NCBI GenBank assembly: GCA_044225505.1
Contig: JBGAIN010000044.1
Location: forward strand, 1-48,202
DNA from: Limisphaerales bacterium
Lineage (GTDB): Bacteria > Verrucomicrobiota > Verrucomicrobiia > Limisphaerales > SIBE01
Length of the DNA: 48,202 nucleotides
Direction: 5' to 3'
The notes under the pieces were generated by a model. The model ran no database searches, was not told the origin of the DNA, and saw nothing but the letters and a program-made list of their open reading frames with translations. Positions 44,532-48,202 of the stretch are shown piece by piece. The position numbers and the translations under genes were made by a program. Each line of letters begins with the position of its first letter. Positions within the stretch are counted from its first letter, which is position 1.

Positions 44532-47500
44532 ATGAATCTCTGCAAACGGGCGTGGCCATTTTCCCAATGGTGCTTCGGCATTGGTGGCTTTTTCCCATTT
44601 TTGGTGCTCGCGAGCATGCTGGGGACCTTAAGCGGCCTCGGCCAAGCGACTGTTCTTTGGAAGGAAGGCTTTGAAGATGAAGACTTTTGGGATCGCTGGC
44701 ATGTCGAAGACGGGATCTGGGCTGTCGGAGTGCCCACCAGCGGTCCGGGCAAAGCCTTCGCTGGCGCCCGTGCTGCCGCGACCGTTTTGGACGGAGACTA
44801 TCCTCCCAACGCCGACGCCCGGTTGGTGCGAGACCGGGTTTTTATTGTCCCGCCGGCCTCGGAACACCCTCGCTTAAGGTTCTGGCACTGGTCGCGCCTC
44901 GCCACTGGGGACTCGCGGAGCTTGGAAGTTAAGGTGGGTAATGGTCCTTGGCAGCCGATCACGCCGGTCTCGGGCTGGAATGGTGAAGAGTGGTCACGAG
45001 CGCTGTTCGATCTGAGCCCATTCAGCGGGCAAGCTGTGCAGATCGCGTTTCATTTAACCTCGAATGGTGACGCGGACGTCGCCGCTGGATGGTACCTGGA
45101 CGAGGTCACCGTCGAGACCGGGCCAGTTGGCTCGGACCTTAGCAACTCGGTCGAGACTTTTGAAAATGGGCTGGGCAACTGGACCATTGATCATGGCACC
45201 TGGCAACTCGGCATTCCGACGGCAGGGCCGCGCCTGGCACATTCCGGGACCAATGTTGTCGGGACGTTGCTTGACCGGAATTATTCCCCTGGGTTGGACT
45301 CTCGTTTGATCAGTCCGGAATTCGTCGTGCCGTTGGCCTCCGAGAACCCGCGTTTGCGATTCTGGCATTGGTTCAGTGTTTGGCCGGGCGACATCGCGCG
45401 TGTGGAAATCAGCACGAGCGGCGGATCCTGGCAGGTGTTGTCCGCGCCGTTTGAATACAATGGAACGGTTTGGTCAAGGCCGCTCTTTGATCTCAAGCCG
45501 TTTGCTGGCCAGAGCGTTCAGATCGCCTTTCACTTTCAATCGAATCCAGACGAGAACATTGCCACGGGCTGGTACGTGGATGACGTGGTGGTGGAAACCG
45601 GACAAAACGCGTGGACGTCGAACGACCAACCGGAAGGATTCGAAGCCGGGCTCGGAAATTGGTCGATCGATAACGGCACATGGGAAATCGGGCGGCCGAC
45701 GTTTGGACCGACTGCACCCTACGCAGGCACGCAGTCCGCTGGGACGGTCTTGGATGGATCCTATGCGGCGAATGTGAATTCACGGCTGATCAGCCCGGAG
45801 TTTGCGATCCCCGCAGGAGCAGATCGACCTCGGCTCCGGTTTTGGCAATGGTTGCGGAACCAACCGGGCGATCCAGCAACTGTCGAGGTCCGGGTTGTCG
45901 GAGGAGAATGGAAAGCGTTAGCGGCGCCCTTTGTGGGCAATGATGGGACGTGGGCGCGGCCTTCTCTGGGGTTGGAGGGCTATATCGGACAGCGCATCCA
46001 GGTGGCCTTTCATTTCCAATCCAACGAGGATGCGAATGTTTCGGCGGGCTGGTTTATCGACGACGTGGTCATTGAAAGCGGCCCGAGCAAGTCGAACCTT
46101 ATCAATACGCCCGAAGGCTTTGAACTGGGCTTGAGAGATTGGGCCGTCGACAGCGGAACCTGGGAAATCGGCACGCCGGACACCTGGCCCGAAACCGTGT
46201 TTAGCGGTGCGAATTGCGCGGGCACAGTCCTGGCTGGCAATTACCTGCCGAAGGTCGACTCCCGCCTGATCAGCCCGGAGCTCACACTTCCGGCGGCACC
46301 CGAGAATCCGCGTCTCCGTTTTTGGCACTGGTTTAGCATCTGGCCGGGCGACACGGGGACGGTCGAGATCAGTGTTGCGAATGGGCCTTGGCAAGCGTTG
46401 ACGCGCGCCTACAGCGGGAGCGGGATCGTTTGGACGCGCCCTTCGTGTGATTTGCGGCCGTTCGCCGGGCAGAGTGTCCGGATTGCTTTCCACTTCCATT
46501 CGGATGATGACTCCAACGTGGGGCGGGGCTGGTACATCGATGAGGTGGTCGTGGAGACGGGTCCGAGCGACTTGGACACGTTCAACAAATCCGAGGGTTT
46601 TGAATCGGGTTTAGGCAATTGGTCGGTCGACAACGGCACTTGGGAAGCTGGCGTGGCGGCGTTCGGGCCAACGTCCGCGTTCAAAGGATCGAACTGCGCG
46701 ACCACGGTGCTCCGATTCGTCGATGGCGCATATGGGCCGAATACCGATTCGCGATTAATCAGTCCGGAATTCACGGTTCCATGCGCGGAGGCCGGCCCGC
46801 GATTGCGGTTCGCGCAATGGTATGACATTGCCCAAGGGGATGAAGGCTGGGTGGAAGTGCGGGCTCCGGGTGGAGAGTGGGAACAGGTCCTCGGCCCTGT
46901 CAATGGCGTGAGCCGCGAATGGACGACAGGGTTTTATGATTTGTCTCCCTATGCCGGACGCCGGGTGCAGGTGGCTTTTCATTTCCGCTCCAACGACGAC
47001 GCCTTGGCTGGGTCAGGCTGGGCCGTTGACGAAATCAAGGTCCAGGCGACCGTGTTGCAGGCGGTCGAACGCACCGCTGTGCCCGAAGGAAGCCTGTTCA
47101 CCTATTCCTTCGGAACACCCTGTCAAAACGTGCGCTTCACCTTGGGTCCGGGTAGCCCGCCCGGCGTGACGATCGATCCGACTCTCGGCATCCTGGTGTG
47201 GCTGCCTTCTGAAGATCAAGGGCCTGGCATTTACCCGGTGCAAGTTTGCGTTACGGATGTGGATCATCCCTTTAGCTCCATCGACTGCATCAACTTCGAA
47301 GTCACCGTCTTGGAGAGCAACAGCCCGCCCGAGGTCGATCCGTTAGCGCCTAAAATCATCAAAGAAGGCGTGCCCTTGGAGTTTACGGCGTCAGCATTTG
47401 ATCTGGATCGACCGGCGCAGAAACTGACCTACAGCTTGGAACAAGGAGCTCCCTTTGGCGCTACGATTGACCCTATCACCGGCCATTTCAGCTGGACGCC

Positions 47501-47849
47501 AAGCCCCACTCAGGCCACCTCGCAATGGACCATCACCGTGCGGGTCACCGATGATGGGACGCCTCCCAAGAGTTCCATCCAAACGTTCATGGCCAGCCCA
47601 GAAGGGCCCGTCTCCGAAGTCCGCTTGGAGGTCGCCCGATTGACACCGGAACTGATCACAATCTGCGTGGATGGCGGCACGACCGGGACGGTCTATACGC
47701 TCGAAACATCAACGAACCTTCAAACCCAGCCCACACCCACGGAATGGACCGTCCTGCAGACGATCTGGAAAGGCGATCAAAACTACTGTGAAACCACTCA
47801 TTCGACGGTCACGACAGCCCGATATTATCGGGTGCGTCGGGTGCAATGA
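44532..47849 (+). CDS. Large secreted protein: 5 x 160-aa beta-sandwich repeats (cleaved-adhesin/MAM-like), 2 putative Ig (He_PIG-like) domains, C-terminal sorting-type domain
   Basis: Repeat FExGLGNW.ID.GTW..G.P..GP...RLISPEF..P....PRLRFW.W...DL.PF.GQ.V.IAFHF.S......GWY.D.V. Ig motif G.TIDP.TG...W.P. C-terminus YTLETSTNL...W...YYRV. Confidence 0.85.
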   Translation: MNLCKRAWPFSQWCFGIGGFFPFLVLASMLGTLSGLGQATVLWKEGFEDEDFWDRWHVEDGIWAVGVPTSGPGKAFAGARAAATVLDGDYPPNADARLVRDRVFIVPPASEHPRLRFWHWSRLATGDSRSLEVKVGNGPWQPITPVSGWNGEEWSRALFDLSPFSGQAVQIAFHLTSNGDADVAAGWYLDEVTVETGPVGSDLSNSVETFENGLGNWTIDHGTWQLGIPTAGPRLAHSGTNVVGTLLDRNYSPGLDSRLISPEFVVPLASENPRLRFWHWFSVWPGDIARVEISTSGGSWQVLSAPFEYNGTVWSRPLFDLKPFAGQSVQIAFHFQSNPDENIATGWYVDDVVVETGQNAWTSNDQPEGFEAGLGNWSIDNGTWEIGRPTFGPTAPYAGTQSAGTVLDGSYAANVNSRLISPEFAIPAGADRPRLRFWQWLRNQPGDPATVEVRVVGGEWKALAAPFVGNDGTWARPSLGLEGYIGQRIQVAFHFQSNEDANVSAGWFIDDVVIESGPSKSNLINTPEGFELGLRDWAVDSGTWEIGTPDTWPETVFSGANCAGTVLAGNYLPKVDSRLISPELTLPAAPENPRLRFWHWFSIWPGDTGTVEISVANGPWQALTRAYSGSGIVWTRPSCDLRPFAGQSVRIAFHFHSDDDSNVGRGWYIDEVVVETGPSDLDTFNKSEGFESGLGNWSVDNGTWEAGVAAFGPTSAFKGSNCATTVLRFVDGAYGPNTDSRLISPEFTVPCAEAGPRLRFAQWYDIAQGDEGWVEVRAPGGEWEQVLGPVNGVSREWTTGFYDLSPYAGRRVQVAFHFRSNDDALAGSGWAVDEIKVQATVLQAVERTAVPEGSLFTYSFGTPCQNVRFTLGPGSPPGVTIDPTLGILVWLPSEDQGPGIYPVQVCVTDVDHPFSSIDCINFEVTVLESNSPPEVDPLAPKIIKEGVPLEFTASAFDLDRPAQKLTYSLEQGAPFGATIDPITGHFSWTPSPTQATSQWTITVRVTDDGTPPKSSIQTFMASPEGPVSEVRLEVARLTPELITICVDGGTTGTVYTLETSTNLQTQPTPTEWTVLQTIWKGDQNYCETTHSTVTTARYYRVRRVQ

Positions 47850-47870
47850 GAGAATTATGGACTTTCGCGC

Positions 47871-48202
47871 GTGAGTGGCTTGGCCAGGTGTTTTGAGGCA
47901 GCGTTCCGCTGCCGGAATCTGTGGAGAAACATCCGTGGTTGTTGGGACCGCCGGTCGGCCGCAGCCTTGATGGCAGCGTTGGCCAGCGGCGCCATCGAGC
48001 CGGCGACTTTCGCTCAAGGCTTGCAGGAAACATTTCCGAACGATCCTGTCTCGCAGGGACGGTTTACCCAGCGCGTTGCTGGCACAGAATCGGCCTTCAC
48101 CTTCAACCCGGCAACGCAAAACCTGACCTCTGTCCTCGACGTCGACGTCAGTCCGGCGACTTACCTCTCGTCGTCGTTCGCCGCTTTGACCGACCGCAGC
48201 GA
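47871..48202 (+). CDS. Partial hypothetical (probably secreted) protein running off the window end
   Basis: Frame is open from GTG 47871 to the end: ...AAALMAALASGAIEPATFAQGLQETFPNDPVSQGRF... Absent from the ORF track because there is no stop in the window. Confidence 0.55.
   Translation, partial: MSGLARCFEAAFRCRNLWRNIRGCWDRRSAAALMAALASGAIEPATFAQGLQETFPNDPVSQGRFTQRVAGTESAFTFNPATQNLTSVLDVDVSPATYLSSSFAALTDRS

Noticed and set aside
44377..44598. N-terminal extension of the YchF-like ORF supplying the missing P-loop
   Set aside because: It contains no Walker A motif and overlaps the divergent gene's promoter and start.
1..48202. tRNA, rRNA, riboswitch, or defence/retroelement genes
   Set aside because: No cloverleaf, rRNA signature, recognisable riboswitch core, RT, nuclease cluster or transposase found by eye; a covariance-model scan would be needed to exclude weak RNA hits.

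Overview
48 kb chromosomal segment of a diderm, GC-rich bacterium, most likely Verrucomicrobiota. This is an inference from protein style, the C-terminal YxVxxSxNL..W..YRV domains and GGAG-type REPs. It carries housekeeping genes (yebC, trpD, mobA, gatB, trmB, manA, accA) and an envelope-heavy gene set: an MMPL/HpnN-like RND pump; an operon of an uncharacterised aromatic 'WPFF'-repeat secreted protein fused transcriptionally to mlaE-mlaF-mlaD; a VTC-domain/DUF4956 pair with a nearby CotH kinase; an amino-sugar/GT2/LAB_N operon; and a ~14 kb LPS cluster (MsbA-like, GT9, GT2s, GT4, methyltransferases, two ArnT-like). It also encodes a P-loop-less YchF paralogue and a secreted protein with five 160-aa repeats. 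No rRNA, tRNA, CRISPR, integrase, transposase or prophage was seen. The most unusual signals are non-coding: four dyad-symmetric arrays of 11-bp units that share architecture but not sequence; a 282-bp MITE; a REP doublet; a candidate sigma54-driven 64-nt sRNA with an exposed CCUCC; and an Acido-Lenti-1-like RNA. Three genes (VTC, a GT4 and a sugar-dehydrogenase remnant) show apparent internal deletions. Family assignments come from motif recognition by eye, not from database searches.
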